A DNA stretch of 63,628 nucleotides, filler included, from Octopus bimaculoides (lineage: Eukaryota): the NCBI RefSeq assembly GCF_001194135.2. It is 6 parts of 5 records of this genome, joined end to end, with 100 filler letters (N's around TTAATTAATTAA, not from the genome) between each part and the next. Parts side by side here need not be neighbours in the genome. Positions count along the whole stretch, not along the records: positions 24,355 to 43,853 come from NC_068989.1; positions 43,954 to 61,277 come from NC_069010.1; 4 more parts are not named here. One strand, 5' to 3'. The position numbers and the translations under genes are program-made. Below the pieces are notes generated by a model, which worked only from the letters and a program-made list of their open reading frames with translations, was not told where the DNA came from and did no database searches. The stretch's first letter is position 1. Each line of letters begins with the position of its first letter. Below are positions 38,581-51,902 of this stretch, piece by piece.

Positions 38581-39489
38581 CGTTAGGCGGTGGTGGTNNN
38601 NNNNNNNNNNNNNNNNNNNNNNNNNNNNNNNNNNNNNNNNNNNNNNNNNNNNNNNNNNNNNNNNNNNNNNNNNNNNNNNNNNNNNNNNNNNNNNNNNACG
38701 GTCGCCGTCAGTGTCGTGGTGATAATGATGACGATACAGTGATGGTTATCAAAAGGAGTCATTGACTTTTAGCCACAGGTTAACCCAAATCGAACAGACC
38801 TAGGATTCAAACAACAAACACCCCGAACAATTTTCTTTTCGCAACCAAAACATAATCTAAGTATAAATTCTAGGGTACATCAACAAATATGTCCTTCACA
38901 TTTTTAACCGATCATCTGCATGCCGAGAGAGATTTGACTGATATTTTTAGCACGCAGGCTGAACAACCACATAGATGCTCCCACGTTAGCTCGAAAATCA
39001 ATATATTGATAAGAAATGTAGGATGCCAGCCTGTGAATGTATTTGTGTGTTAATGTATGCCTGTATAAGCAGTACCATTGTTCCTAATCAAAAGAAATAA
39101 ATGTATGCATGACGGTGAGAGAGTTAGGCGAGATGGTTAAACACCTAACTACATCTAATGCAGCATTTCCTTTCGTGTAAATAGAGATAGCCGTGTGGAT
39201 AACATTTTAGCTTCTCAATAATCTGGTTGTGCGTTTGTTCGATTCTATTGCGTGATTGATATATAGAGCACGAGTTTTTTGCTGCTGCCTCGAGTTTGCC
39301 TAATTCCTATAAAATGAAACTTTGTAGAAAACGGTCAAATTAAACAATACTTGTAAATAGAAAACCAAACCTCCTCACCTTTATTTTGTTCTATTTTTGC
39401 ATCATTTCCATTCGTGTTAATAGGAATGGCCGTGTTTAAGAAATTAGCTTCTCAGTCATATGGTTCTCTGTTTCTTCCGTTCTACAGCG

Positions 39490-39950
39490 CGGTATATTCG
39501 GCACGTGATACGTTTGGCACGTGATACATTTAGTACGTGGTACATTTGGCTCGTGTTACATTTGGTACGTGGTGCATTTAGCACGTGTTGCATTCAACGC
39601 GTGGTAACTTTGGTACGTGGTACATTTGGCACGTGGTACCTTTGGTACGTGTTACATTTGGTACGTGGTGCATTTAGCACGTTTTACATTCAGCACGTGG
39701 TACCTTTGGTACTTGGTGCATTTGGCACGTGATACATTTGGCATATGGTACATTTAGCACGTGGTGCGTTTGTTACATGTTACATGTGGCCCGTGGTACA
39801 TTTGACCCGTGTTACATTTGGCCCGTGGTACATATGGCCCCTGGTACATTTGGCCCCTGGTACATTTGCCGCGTGGTACGTTTGCTACATGGTACATTTG
39901 TCACGTGGTACAATTTGTACGTGGAATATTTGGTACACGGTACATTTAGC
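39490..39950. repeat. ~16-bp minisatellite (GCACGTGGTACATTT(G/A))n
   Basis: About 28 degenerate units, many containing CACGTG. Confidence 0.9.
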
Positions 39951-39954
39951 TCGA

Positions 39955-40200
39955 GTTCAATCCCACAACGATTTGCAGGACATTACTGGAGAAGTGAACA
40001 GGAAGATATACACAAGCAACTGTTGTGGGAACCAACTCAGAGGAGACACAGAAGTTGAATACCTTCTAGAACATTAATCGATTCGATCAATTCTCAGACG
40101 ATACAAACCTCAGTGAGGAGTTGTCAAATGCGATAAGGAATCTTGAATTGCGGAGGAATGTTGTCAGGAATGTTCGACCGTGGTCGGAATAAGGAATTCT
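39955..40200 (+). mobile_element. RTE-clade LINE 3' fragment
   Basis: RFAGHYWRSEQEDIHKQLLWEPTQRRHRS*IPSRTLID. Confidence 0.7.
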
Positions 40201-42502
40201 ATGTCCAACATGATAATGAAAGCCATGTGTAATAGCGGAGACAAGAAAACCCTTTTTGGAACAAGTGATCAATTCCACTGCGTAATACATTGAGCCACGT
40301 CTTCGGATCCATCTAATTCTTGTGACTACTGGTAATTGGAAGATGCAGTTTTGTCTCAAACTTGATTGCAGACACTGCCCTGGAATGTATCCAGGACCTA
40401 GATGTAGTGATGATGGACTGACAAGTGTGGCGGGTAGGCTTTGGAACTCAGCTATAATAATAACAATAATCCTTTCTACTGGAAGCACAAGGCCTCAAAT
40501 TTGGTGGGAGGGGATAAGTTAATTGCACCGACCCCAGTACTCAACTGGTACTTATTTTATCGACTCCGAAAGGATGAAAGGCAAAGTCGACTCGGCGGAA
40601 TTTGAACTCAGAACGTAGCGGTAGACGAAATACCGCTAAGCATTTCGTCCAGCGCGCTAACGATTCTGCCAAATCGCTGCCTTATTCATACTAATAATAA
40701 TCTTTTCTACTCTAGAGACAAGGCCCGAAATTTTGGGTGAGAGGGCCAGTCGATTAGATCGACTCCAGNNNNNNNNNNNNNNNNNNNNNNNNNNNNNNNN
40801 NNNNNNNNNNNNNNNNNNNNNNNNNNNNNNNNNNNNNNNNNNNNNNNNNNNNNNNNNNNNNNNNNNNNNNNNNNNNNNNNNNNNNNNNNNNNNNNNNNNN
40901 NNNNNNNNNNNNNNNNNNNNNNNNNNNNNNNNNNNNNNNNNNNNNNNNNNNNNNNNNNNNNNNNNNNNNNNNNNNNNNNNNNNNNNNNNNNNNNNNNNNN
41001 NNNNNNNNNNNNNNCATTACGTGGAACCTTAAGCTAAACACTCCTTTTTATACTTTAGTTTCGGGTTGACCCAAAATTGTGAATGAAACTGTACGCGGAG
41101 CCCGTGAGATTGAACCTTTGATTCAAAGAGTCGGTCTTGTTACACACCATGTCACATTGATTCTGCTTAAAAGCTGCAGTAAAATAAAGGTGGCAAGCTG
41201 TCAGTAACGTTAGCACACCGGACAAAATGCTTAGCGGTACTTTGTCTGCCGCTACGTTCTGAGTTCAAATTCTGCCGAGGTCGACTTCGCCTTTCATCGT
41301 TTCGGGGTCGATTAAATAAGTACCAGTTGCGTACTGAGGTCGATCTAGTCGACTGCCCCCCCTCCCCAAAATTTTCGGGCCTTGTGCCTACAGTAGAAAA
41401 GAATAAAATTAAACGCTCTGTGGAATACTCATACACTTAAACAGTAATTCAATAAATGGATAGCTCAAACAACACCTGATTATTACAGTTTTACAGATAC
41501 TTCATTTGTGCTGCTTAATGAACAACTAAAATGATCATCGTCGAAAACGAAGGAGGCTCGTTTAAAACGTTTATTGGAGTATGTATATGGGGGCGCGCGC
41601 ACGTGTGTGTTTGTGTGTGTGCGTCTGTGTGTGTGATTTGCTTGTGGAAATTATGAGAACGGATGTAAAATTCAGTGTTACATGAGGAGTCTATCTGATG
41701 GCCGGTTTCTATGGAATATTCAGCCAGCTAAACTATATTTCAATGTGTAGTTATTTCCGTAGATCAAACAACTCTCACACCTGTTCGTCGACACGAAAAC
41801 CACCGGAAATGTATTTACTCAATCCATAAAAGGAAAGAAAAACATTTGATTAAACATAATGGCAGATTTCTTTTTAAAAAAGAATGTAAAGGTTTATTGA
41901 AAAAGAAACAAATTGTAAATGTACTTATGATTTGCTATTTTCTTCCTTTTTTTTTCTTCTCTTTTTTTTTTGTTGCTTGGTAAACTCTTTAACACTTTAA
42001 CAAGTTTCAGCTCAAAAGCTGCGGTCATGCTGGAGCACCACCGTTGGTAAGTTACAAAAATGTTACAGCGTCAAACTATAGCGTTTTGTGATACTTGTGA
42101 TTCAATGAACCTGCTTGCATTCACTCGATCTGCTAGAAATAGCAACCAAATACCCCGCAAATCACCACTGAGGGACGGCATTTGATAGCGTAATTCTACA
42201 GTTTGGCCAAAAGTTTGAAACATAGATCTGCAAATTAGAATTTTTATCTTAAATGCCCAAAGTTATATTTGAATTGAATTGTACTTGGGCGCAACTCTCT
42301 TTTACTTGTTTCAGTCATTTGACTGCGGCCATGCTGGAGCAGCGCCTTTAGTCGAGCAAATTGACCCCGGGACTTATTCTTTGTAAGCCTAGTACTTATT
42401 CTATCAGTCTCTTTTGCCAAAACGCTAAGTGACGGGAGACATAAACACACCACAATCGATTGTCAAGCGATGATGGGGAGACAAACACAGACGCACAAAC
42501 AC

Positions 42503-42543
<41 letters not shown>

Positions 42544-44189
42544 CGACAGGCTTCTTTCAGTTTCCGTCTACCAAATCCACGAGGCTTTGGTTGGCCCGAG
42601 GCTATAGTAGAAGACACTTGCCCAAGGTGCCACGCAGTGGAACTGAACCCAGAACCATGCGGTTGGTGAGCAAGCTTCTTACCAGAAAGCCACTCCTGCG
42701 CCTTATATATANNNNNNNNNNNNNNNNNNNNNNNNNNNNNNNNNNNNNNNNNNNNNNNNNNNNNNNNNNNNNNNNNNNNNNNNNNNNNNNNNNNNNNNNN
42801 NNNNNNNNNNNNNNNNNNNNNNNNNNNNNNNNNNNNNNNNNNNNNNNNNNNNNNNNNNNNNNNNNNNNNNNNNNNNNNNNNNNNNNNNNNNNNNNNNNNN
42901 NNNNNNNNNNNNNNNNNNNNNTATATATATATATGTATATGTATATGTATATATGATATATACATGTGTATGCATATATGTATGCACAGAATGAGAGATA
43001 CGTGCATGCATGCATACGTGCGTTCATACGTATATAAAGAGAGATAGACAGGCGGATAGAAAGACAGACGAACAGAAACAGAGAGAACACAACTCTGGTG
43101 GGATTTGACATCAGAAAGCCAGCGTTGCGCTGCTGTTTGCTACCAAAATAATGATATGGGAAAGAAACAGCAAACGACTTCGGTTATTCGGATGTGTGTT
43201 AGAAAGATAAGAAAACTGTCATGTATTGAAAAAAGGAAGAAATCTCTAAATCACACAAGAAAGAAAAGAAATGAATAAAACTAAAAAGGGCTATAAAAAC
43301 GCACACAGAGAGAAAAAAAGCCCAGAAAAGCAGAACGATATTCTATGGGGTAATTAGAACGTGACATGTCCCGTCCCTAAACAATACGCCTTTTCCAACT
43401 GTTCCGCTAAATCTTTCATCTTTCACAGATGAAAAAAATCATGGGAACATAAATTAACACCTTGACTCCACCCTGATCGAATACTTTGCCAGCCCCCTTC
43501 AGCATAAAGAAAATAGAAAAAAAGGGCCAGCAGTTTCTTCTTAATAAAGACGCTGTTTGTTGTGTGTATGTCTATGTGTTAAGGGTGGGTGGTACCGTGT
43601 GGGTTTTTTATCTCGGATGTCATACGAACACAGATGGTGCTAATACTTTTACGGAATTAAGACAGTAAAGTGTGACATCAGTTCCGCCTCTGTTTTTCTT
43701 TTTCTTTACCAAAAATAGGGGTTTGTTTATTTATTTATTTATTTATGCCATCAGATTGCAGCACCTTTGTCACCTCTTGAAGGTATTCAGTTTCTCTTAC
43801 CCAGTTGCTCTCTGTCAGCAGTCTGATAACATTTTCTCCTATCACCACTACCANNNNNNNNNNNNNNNNNNNNNNNNNNNNNNNNNNNNNNNNNNNNTTA
43901 ATTAATTAANNNNNNNNNNNNNNNNNNNNNNNNNNNNNNNNNNNNNNNNNNNNTATATATATATATATATAAGACAGTCTTCCATACAGTTCTACCAGAT
44001 TCACTCCCAAGTCAGATCAGGGCTTTAGCAGAAAAAACTTGCTCAACGTGCCATACAGTGGGACTGAACCTAAAATCACATGGTTGTAAAGCAAGGCTAT
44101 TAACCACACAGCCATGCCCATGATGCAACAGACATGTATATCTACAGACGTTCCAGTCATGCCCATCCCTTGTATTAAGTATTACTTAC

Positions 44190-44345
44190 ATGTATTCCCA
44201 TCACAGGGTTTCATCGGGCAGGTGTAGCAGCAGGCTTGGGCAACAGACGTCTGGTAGCACTCCCACTGGTGGCTCTTAGACACCTGTTCACAGGTGAGGT
44301 TCGTACCCGAGATTCGATTCTTCTGGTCTCGCAATGGACATTCGT
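44190..44345 (-). CDS. ADAMTS/MIG-17-like gene, exon 8 of those found (Cys-rich module)
   Basis: 156 nt, phase 1->1, CACAG acceptor, T|GTAAGT donor; (D)ECPLRDQKNRISGTNLTCEQVSKSHQWECYQTSVAQACCYTCPMKPCDGNT. Confidence 0.85.
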
Positions 44346-44476
44346 CTGTGGCAGAATCGGCGCATGGGTGGGAACAGAAAATTGAAATAGAGAAAGAGAC
44401 ATGTGTAAAATTTTATTCATAACAAGAGGAATTCATGACGTAGTAGTAGTATTAGTGTTATTATTATTATTATTAT

Positions 44477-44528
<52 letters not shown>

Positions 44529-44873
44529 GGTAGTAGTGGTGGTGGTGGTGGTAGCAGCAGTGCTGGAGTTAGTAGCAGTGGTGATGGTAGTACAGTAGTG
44601 GCTGTAGTAGAGGTAGTTGGGGTGGTAGGAGTCGAGTGGTAGTGGTGACGGTTGTGGTAGTAGTAATAGTGGTGGTGGTGATTATGGTGGTAGTATTAGT
44701 AGTAGTTGTGGTGGTGGTGTTGGCAGTTGTGGTGGTAGTAGTAATAGGGTGGTGATGGTAGTAAAAGTAGTCGTGGCAGTGGTAGTAGTGGTGGCTGTGG
44801 TAGTAGCAGCAGCAGCAGTAGCAGTAGCTTTAGTAGTAGTAGTAGTAGTAGTAGAAATAGTAGCAGTAGCAAC

Positions 44874-44904
<31 letters not shown>

Positions 44905-45065
44905 TTTTTAGGACAAGAACAGAACACAAAGCATCATAACTAAAAATATCGCAAGGAATTTTATCTGTTGTTTTACTGATTCCACCATCCACCACCTGTT
45001 TTTTTTTTTTGTTTTTTTTTGTGTTCCATTGTTTTTTTTAATCAAGGAAGCTTTCTTTTACCAAC

Positions 45066-45117
45066 CTGCAACCTCTGGGGCTTCTCTATCTGTAACACAT
45101 TTCCCATTCATGCACCA
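45066..45117 (-). CDS. ADAMTS/MIG-17-like gene, exon 7
   Basis: 52 nt, phase 0->1, TTTTTTCCTATCCAG acceptor, G|GTTGGT donor; WCMNGKCVTDREAPEVA. Confidence 0.9.
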
Positions 45118-45254
45118 CTGGATAGGAAAAAAGTAGAAGGAAAAAACAAAACAGATTTATTTAGGTCAAATAAAAGTAAATTAGACAAAGAAGGAAGATG
45201 GAGGAAATTAGCAAAAGTAGAGAGGAAAAAACAGATATGTTTTAAAATTACAGA

Positions 45255-45546
45255 CGCAGGAGTGGCTATGTGGTAAGTAGCTTTCTTACCAACCACATGG
45301 TTCTNNNNNNNNNNNNNNNNNNNNNNNNNNNNNNNNNNNNNNNNNNNNNNNNNNNNNNNNNNNNNNNNNNNNNNNNNNNNNNNNNNNNNNNNNNNNNNNN
45401 NNNNNNNNNNNNNNNNNNNNNNNNNNNNNNNNNNNNNNNNNNNNNNNNNNNNNNNNNNNNNNNNNNNNNNNNNNNNNNNNAGCCTCGGGCCGACCAAAGC
45501 CTTGTGAGTGGATTTAGTAGACGGAAACTGAAAGAAGCCCGTCGTA

Positions 45547-45589
<43 letters not shown>

Positions 45590-45780
45590 TTGTGTGTCTG
45601 TGTTTGTCCCCCCCAACATCGTTTGACAACCGATGCTGGTGGGTTTACGTCCCCATAACTTAGCGATTCGGCAAAAGAGACCGATAGAATAAGTACTAGG
45701 ATTACAAAGAATAAGTCCCGGGGTCGATTTGCATGGCCGCAGTCAAATGACTGAAACAAGTAAAAGAGTAAAAGAGTAAT
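45255..45780 (+). mobile_element. SINE family B, full-length copy spanning a gap
   Basis: GCAGGAGTGGCTATGTGGTAAG head, internal (TA)n, GAAACAAGTAAAAGAGTAAAAGAGT tail. Confidence 0.85.
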
Positions 45781-45784
45781 TATA

Positions 45785-48110
45785 GAGAGGAAACAGATTC
45801 TAAAAAAAGCTTGAAAGCAAGTGAGGAAGATAAAGATATGTGATACAGAGAAAGGAAAAATGGATATAAGTAAAAACTACAGAATGATAATCATTGAAGG
45901 AAAACAGACTCTAAAAAATGGAATGATAATGAAAAAGATAAATATATCTGATAGAGAGAAAGAGAAAACAGATATAAGTAGAAAACACAGAAGAATATAC
46001 AAGAAAAGAGAAAAATGGTAATTATAGAGGAAAGAAGGTTCTAAAAACTGGAATGCTAGCAAAAAGGATGAAAATATCTGACAGAGACAAAAAGAAAAAA
46101 ATAGATATAAGTAGACTCTACTGGAGAAGAAAACAAGTGAAATTAGAAAAATGGTAATTGTAGAAGGAAAATAGATTCTAAAAAATGGAATGCTGGTGAA
46201 AAAGATAAATATATCTGATAGAGAGAAAGAGAAAAAGAAACAGATATAAGTAGATACCACAGGAGAAGAATATACAAGAAAACAGAAAAACGGTAATTAT
46301 AGAGGAAAGAAGGTTCTAAAAACTGGAATGCTAGCAAAAAGGATGAAAATATCTGTCAGAGACAAAGAAAGAAACAGATATAGACAGAAAACACAGGAAA
46401 TGAATATAGGAGAAAACAGAAAAAAAAATATAATGAATGGGGGAAACAAATTTTGAAAACAGAAATGTTTGTGAAAAATATTAAAAATCAACAAACAGAA
46501 AAACAGATATGTATAGCAAAGATTGAAGGAAGGCAGACGTGTAAAAGCCACAGGAGGATATAAAAGAAAACAGAAAAAACAGTAATTATAGAGGGAAGAT
46601 GAATTTGAAAAATTTGGAATGCTAGTGAGTAAAGTAAAAATATCTGACAGAGAGGAAAAAACAGATATAAGTAGACACCACTGGCAAGTACAAGATAATA
46701 CAGAAAAACCACAATGAACAAGGGAAGCAAATTTTGAAAACAGAAATGTTAGTGGAAAATATTAAAAATCTGATAGACAGAAAAAAGATGTATAGTAAGG
46801 ATTGAGGGAAAGTAGCTATAGAAAATAGAAATAGAAAATAAAGGATATAGAAGAAAACAGAAAAATAGTAATTATAGAGTGAAAGCAGATTCTAAAAATT
46901 TAGAATGCTAGTGAGAAAGGCGAAAATATGTGACAAAGAGAAAGAAAAAACAGATATAAGTAAAAACCACTGGAGAGGAATATAACAGAAAACAGGAAAA
47001 AACATGAGTAAGGAAACAGATTTTGAAAACAGAACTGTTAGTGAAAAATATTAAAAATCTGACAGACACACTTTAAAAAATAGATATAAAGCAGAAATTG
47101 GGGAAAGCAGATATATGTAAAATCAAAAGAAAACAGAAAAACTATAATGTTAGAGAGAAGACAGATTTTGCAACAATGGAATGCTAATGAAAATGATAAA
47201 AGAAGAAATCATAGGAGAATACAAGAGAAAACAGAAAAATCATAATAAAAGAAGGGAAACAGATTTTGAAAACAGAAATGTTAGGGAAAAATACCAAAAA
47301 TTGACAAACACAAGGAAAAAAAAAGAGGTATAGCAAAGGTTGACGAAAACAGATATAAGTAACAGCCACAGGAGAAGAATATAAAAGTAAACAGAAAAAA
47401 ACAGTAATGATAGAAGAAAAACAGGTTTTATAAGAATGGAATGTGAGTGAAAAAGATTAAAGTACCTGACATGGAGAAAAATAAATGGAGATATGTGTAG
47501 AAATCATAGGAGAAGAATATGAATGAAAGCAGAAAAACCGTAATGAAGGAGGAAACTGATTTTGAAAACTGAAATGTTTTAGAAGAATATTAAAATCTGA
47601 TGGACACAAAAAATTCTCAGATATATAGCAAAGACAGGGGGAAAACATATATGTAGAAATCACAGGATAAGAAGGAAAAAAAACAGTAAAAAACAGTACT
47701 AATATCAAGAAAACAGATTTGATACAGATATAGAAAAAAACAAATGTGATAAAAAAATGTAAAGAAAACTGATATGAGAAGCCAAATGAGAATATGAAAG
47801 AAAATAGGGAAAAACAGAAAGAAGGATACAGATTTTTTAAAAAACTGAAATACTAGCGGGGAAAGTAAAAAAATCTGATAGGAGAAAGTAAAGCAGCACA
47901 GATAACATAAACAGAAATCCTATGGAAAAAAAAGAATAAAATAAACAAAAATAATACAAGAAGAAAAATAAGCAAAAATGCAAAAATAAACAAAATATCA
48001 CTGTAAAAGGAAAACAGTTATAAGAGATACTATTTGATAATGGACAAAAATCAATAGTTGAGGAAAAACAGATATAAACAGAAACCAAAGGCAAAAACAG
48101 AAAATATGCA
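45785..48110. repeat. Degenerate A-rich tandem array, ~130-140-bp unit with dimeric higher order
   Basis: Recurrent AAACAGATT(C/T)T(A/G)AAAA...(GG/GA)AATG anchors at ~45791, 45901, 46031, 46171, 46307, 46444, 46596, 46724, 46883, 47014 and onward. Confidence 0.8.
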
Positions 48111-48139
48111 AGCTATGTATATAAACGTTAAAAACTAAT

Positions 48140-48628
48140 AGAATATATTGTTGGCACTCCGTCGCTTATGACGTCGAGAGTTCCAGTTGATCCGATCAAC
48201 GGAACAGCCTGCTTGTGAAATTAACATGCAAGTGGCTGAGCACTCCACAGACACGTGTACCCTTAACGTAGTTCTCGGGGATATTCAGCGTGACACAGAG
48301 TATGACAAGGCTGACCCTTTGAATTACAGGCACAACANNNNNNNNNNCACGTGTACCCTTAACGTAGTTCTCGGGGATATTCAGCGTGACACAGAGTATG
48401 ACAAGGCTGACCCTTTGAATTACAGGCACAACAGAAACAAGAAGTAAGAGTGAGAGAAAGTTGTGGTGGAAGAGTACAGCAGGGTTCACCACCATCTCCT
48501 GCCGGAGCCTCGTGGAGCTTTAGGTGTTTTCACTCAATGAGCACTCACAACGTCCGGTCTTGGAATCGAAACCGTGATCCAATGACCGTGAGTCCGCTGC
48601 CCTAACCACAGGGCAATTGCGCCTCCAC
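48140..48628 (-). mobile_element. SINE family C (tRNA head plus core)
   Basis: Minus head GTGGAGGCGCAATTGCCCTGTGGTTAGGGCAGCGG...GGTTTCGATTCC. Confidence 0.75.
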
Positions 48629-49834
48629 AATAGAATGTATATAAAACAGTAAAAAAATTCTAAAGTTAAATAGAATACTCCTCCATCTTAAAAAAAACCC
48701 CAGAAAATATCTAAAATAATGAAATATAAGTAAGCAATAAAAGTTTAAAAAATAAAACAGAGTAACTGGAAAAATTACATGGCCTAGTGGTTAGAGCAGC
48801 AGACTTGCAGTCGAGGGATTGTGGGTTTGAATCTCAGACCGGGTAATGTGTATGTTTATGAGCAAAATACCTAAGTTCCACGTGGCTCCAGCAGAAGGTA
48901 ATAGCGAACCACAACTTTCTTTCCTCCTGCATTTAGCAGCTCACCTGTGATGGATTGAGGTCCCTTCCAGGTGTCACACACAGGAATTGAAACTGAGAAC
49001 ACATGGTTGGAAAGCAAATTTCTTAACTATTCAACCAATCAAGTAATAATGCATTTTTACACATGCNNNNNNNNNNNNNNNNNNNNNNNNNNNNNNNNNN
49101 NNNNNNNNNNNNNNNNNNNNNNNNNNNNNNNNNNNNNNNNNNNNNNNNNNNNNNNNNNNNNNNNNNNNNNNNNNNNNNNNNNNNNNNNNNNNNNNNNNNN
49201 NNNNNNNNNNNNNNNNNNNNNNNNNNNNNNNNNNNNNNNNNNNNNNNNNNNNNNNNNNNNNNNNNNNNNNNNNNNNNNNNNNNNNNNNNNNNNNNNNNNN
49301 NNNNNNNNNNNNNNNNNNNNNNNNNNNNNNNNNNNNNNNNNNNNNNNNNNNNNNNNNNNNNNNNNNNNNNNNNNNNNNNNNNNNNNNNNNNNNNNNNNNN
49401 NNNNNNNNNNNNNNNNNNNNNNNNNNNNNNNNNNNNNNNNNNNNNNNNNNNNNNNNNNNNNNNNNNNNNNNNNNNNNNNNNNNNNNNNNNNNNNNNNNNN
49501 NNNNNNNNNNNNNNNNNNNNNNNNNNNNNNNNNNNNNNNNNNNNNNNNNNNNNNNNNNNNNNNNNNNNNNNNNNNNNNNNNNNNNNNNNNNNNNNNNNNN
49601 NNNNNNNNNNNNNNNNNNNNNNNNNNNNNNNNNNNNNNNNNNNNNNNNNNNNNNNNNNNNNNNNNNNNNNNNNNNNNNNNNNNNNNNNNNNNNNNNNNNN
49701 NNNNNNNNNNNNNNNNNNNNNNNNNNNNNNNNNNNNNNNNNNNNNNNNNNNNNNNNNNNNNNNNNNNNNNNNNNNNNNNNNNNNNNNNNNNNNNNNNNNN
49801 NNNNNNNNNNNNNNNNNNNNNNNNNNNNNNNNNN

Positions 49835-49879
<45 letters not shown>

Positions 49880-50152
49880 CACACATATATATATGTGTAT
49901 ACACACACACAGACATGCATATATATATATGCATGTATATATTCAAGTACATGTGTATGTATGCATACATGTGCATCTATGTGTGCACCCATGCATATGT
50001 ATGCACGCATGTATGTGAGTATGCTTGTGTCTGTTGAGAAGCATGTACGTATGTTTCTATGTATACATGTGGTATATATGTACGTACACATGGGCATTTA
50101 TATGTGTATGCATACAAGTATATGAATGCATACATGCATGTATGCGTATGTA

Positions 50153-50192
<40 letters not shown>

Positions 50193-50202
50193 NNNNNNNN
50201 NN

Positions 50203-50236
<34 letters not shown>

Positions 50237-50344
50237 TCACACACACATACATGTATATATATAGACACATATATACATACATATAGATGTATTAATGTAT
50301 ATATATTCATGTATGTATTCATTTATGTACATATATATATATAT

Positions 50345-50375
<31 letters not shown>

Positions 50376-50831
50376 CAAATACATCTATGCATGTGTGCGT
50401 ATATGCATATATATTTGTGTGTGTGTGTGTGCTGGTATGGTGTAATTTAGTGATTGTTTGTGATGTTGCAGCTGTGTTGCAGTGGTGGTGGTGGTGGTGG
50501 TGGTGGTGGTGGTGGTGTGTGATGGTAATCTAGTATGGTAGTGCTAGAAGTAGTTGTAGTGGCAGTGGTAGTGGTGGTGGCGATGGTTGTTGTGGTTGTA
50601 ATAGTACCAGTAGTGGCGGTGGCGGCGGTAGTGGTGAGGGTGGTGATGGTAGTACTACAAGTGGTCATAGTGGTAGTGGTGGTGGTGGTGGTGGTGGTGA
50701 GAGTGGGGTTTGTGGGAGTACTGGTTGTAATAGTTCCAATAGTTATGGTGGTGGTGGTGGTGATGGTAGTACTACAAGTATTAGTAGTGGTGGTGGTGGT
50801 GGTAGTAGTGGTGGTGATAATAGTAGTACTG

Positions 50832-50880
<49 letters not shown>

Positions 50881-50954
50881 CAGCAGCAGTAGTTGTGNNN
50901 NNNNNNNNNNNGGTGGTGGTGGTGGTAGTAGTGGTGGTGATAATAGTAGTACTG

Positions 50955-51003
<49 letters not shown>

Positions 51004-51525
51004 CAGCAGCAGTAGTTGTGTTGGTGGTGGTGGTGGTGATGGTTGTAGTAACGGTAGCAGTAGTGGCAGCAGCAACAGCGGTAGTCATAGCAGTCACGCA
51101 ATGTAGCAACTGATGGTGGTGCCAGTGGTTGACGCCAGCGGTTGCGGTGATGGTTATGGTGGTAGTGGTGTCAATGTATTTATGTGATGTTCAGCTGCTT
51201 AAACCCACCTTAAAACACTCCCCCACATCGAAAAACCATTCTTGCTAACAATGTCTTCTGTTCTGGCTTATAATTTTTGTGTCTTTTCTTTTGATTCCAT
51301 TTTTTTTTTGTTTTTTTTATTTCATTTCAGTTCTTTTTAGAGTTTTTCTCGTTTAATCCTCCTGTTCAGACATGCGTGTATGCGTATTCACGCATGTTCA
51401 TCTGCATTGTTACACGCACGGTATATTTGTGTGCATACACATATATATATATATATATATATGTGCATATATGTGCATATATATGTTTATATGTGTGTAT
51501 ATATATGTATATATCTGTATGAACA

Positions 51526-51602
<77 letters not shown>

Positions 51603-51668
51603 CATACACACACACACATATATATATATGTGTGTGTGTGTGTTTGTGTATTTATATGTGTGTGTGCG

Positions 51669-51721
<53 letters not shown>

Positions 51722-51855
51722 CATATATCAGTGCCTGTATGCATGAGCAAATATGTGCATACATGCATGTCAAGACTGCACGTGCTCCGTGATATATATA
51801 CATATATATATATACACACATATATATATATATACATACATATATGTACATTTTA

Positions 51856-51902
<47 letters not shown>

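Noticed and set aside
39460-40077. Repetitive ORFs or a CRISPR-like array in the 16-bp repeat
   Set aside because: Contiguous tandem units with no unique spacers, in a eukaryotic context.
40087-40488. 133-aa minus ORF with a possible phase-1 acceptor near 40452
   Set aside because: No recognisable domain; its 3' part is antisense to an RTE fragment and its start lies in a SINE tail.
45821-48094. K/E-rich and F/L-rich ORFs
   Set aside because: By-products of the A-rich tandem array.
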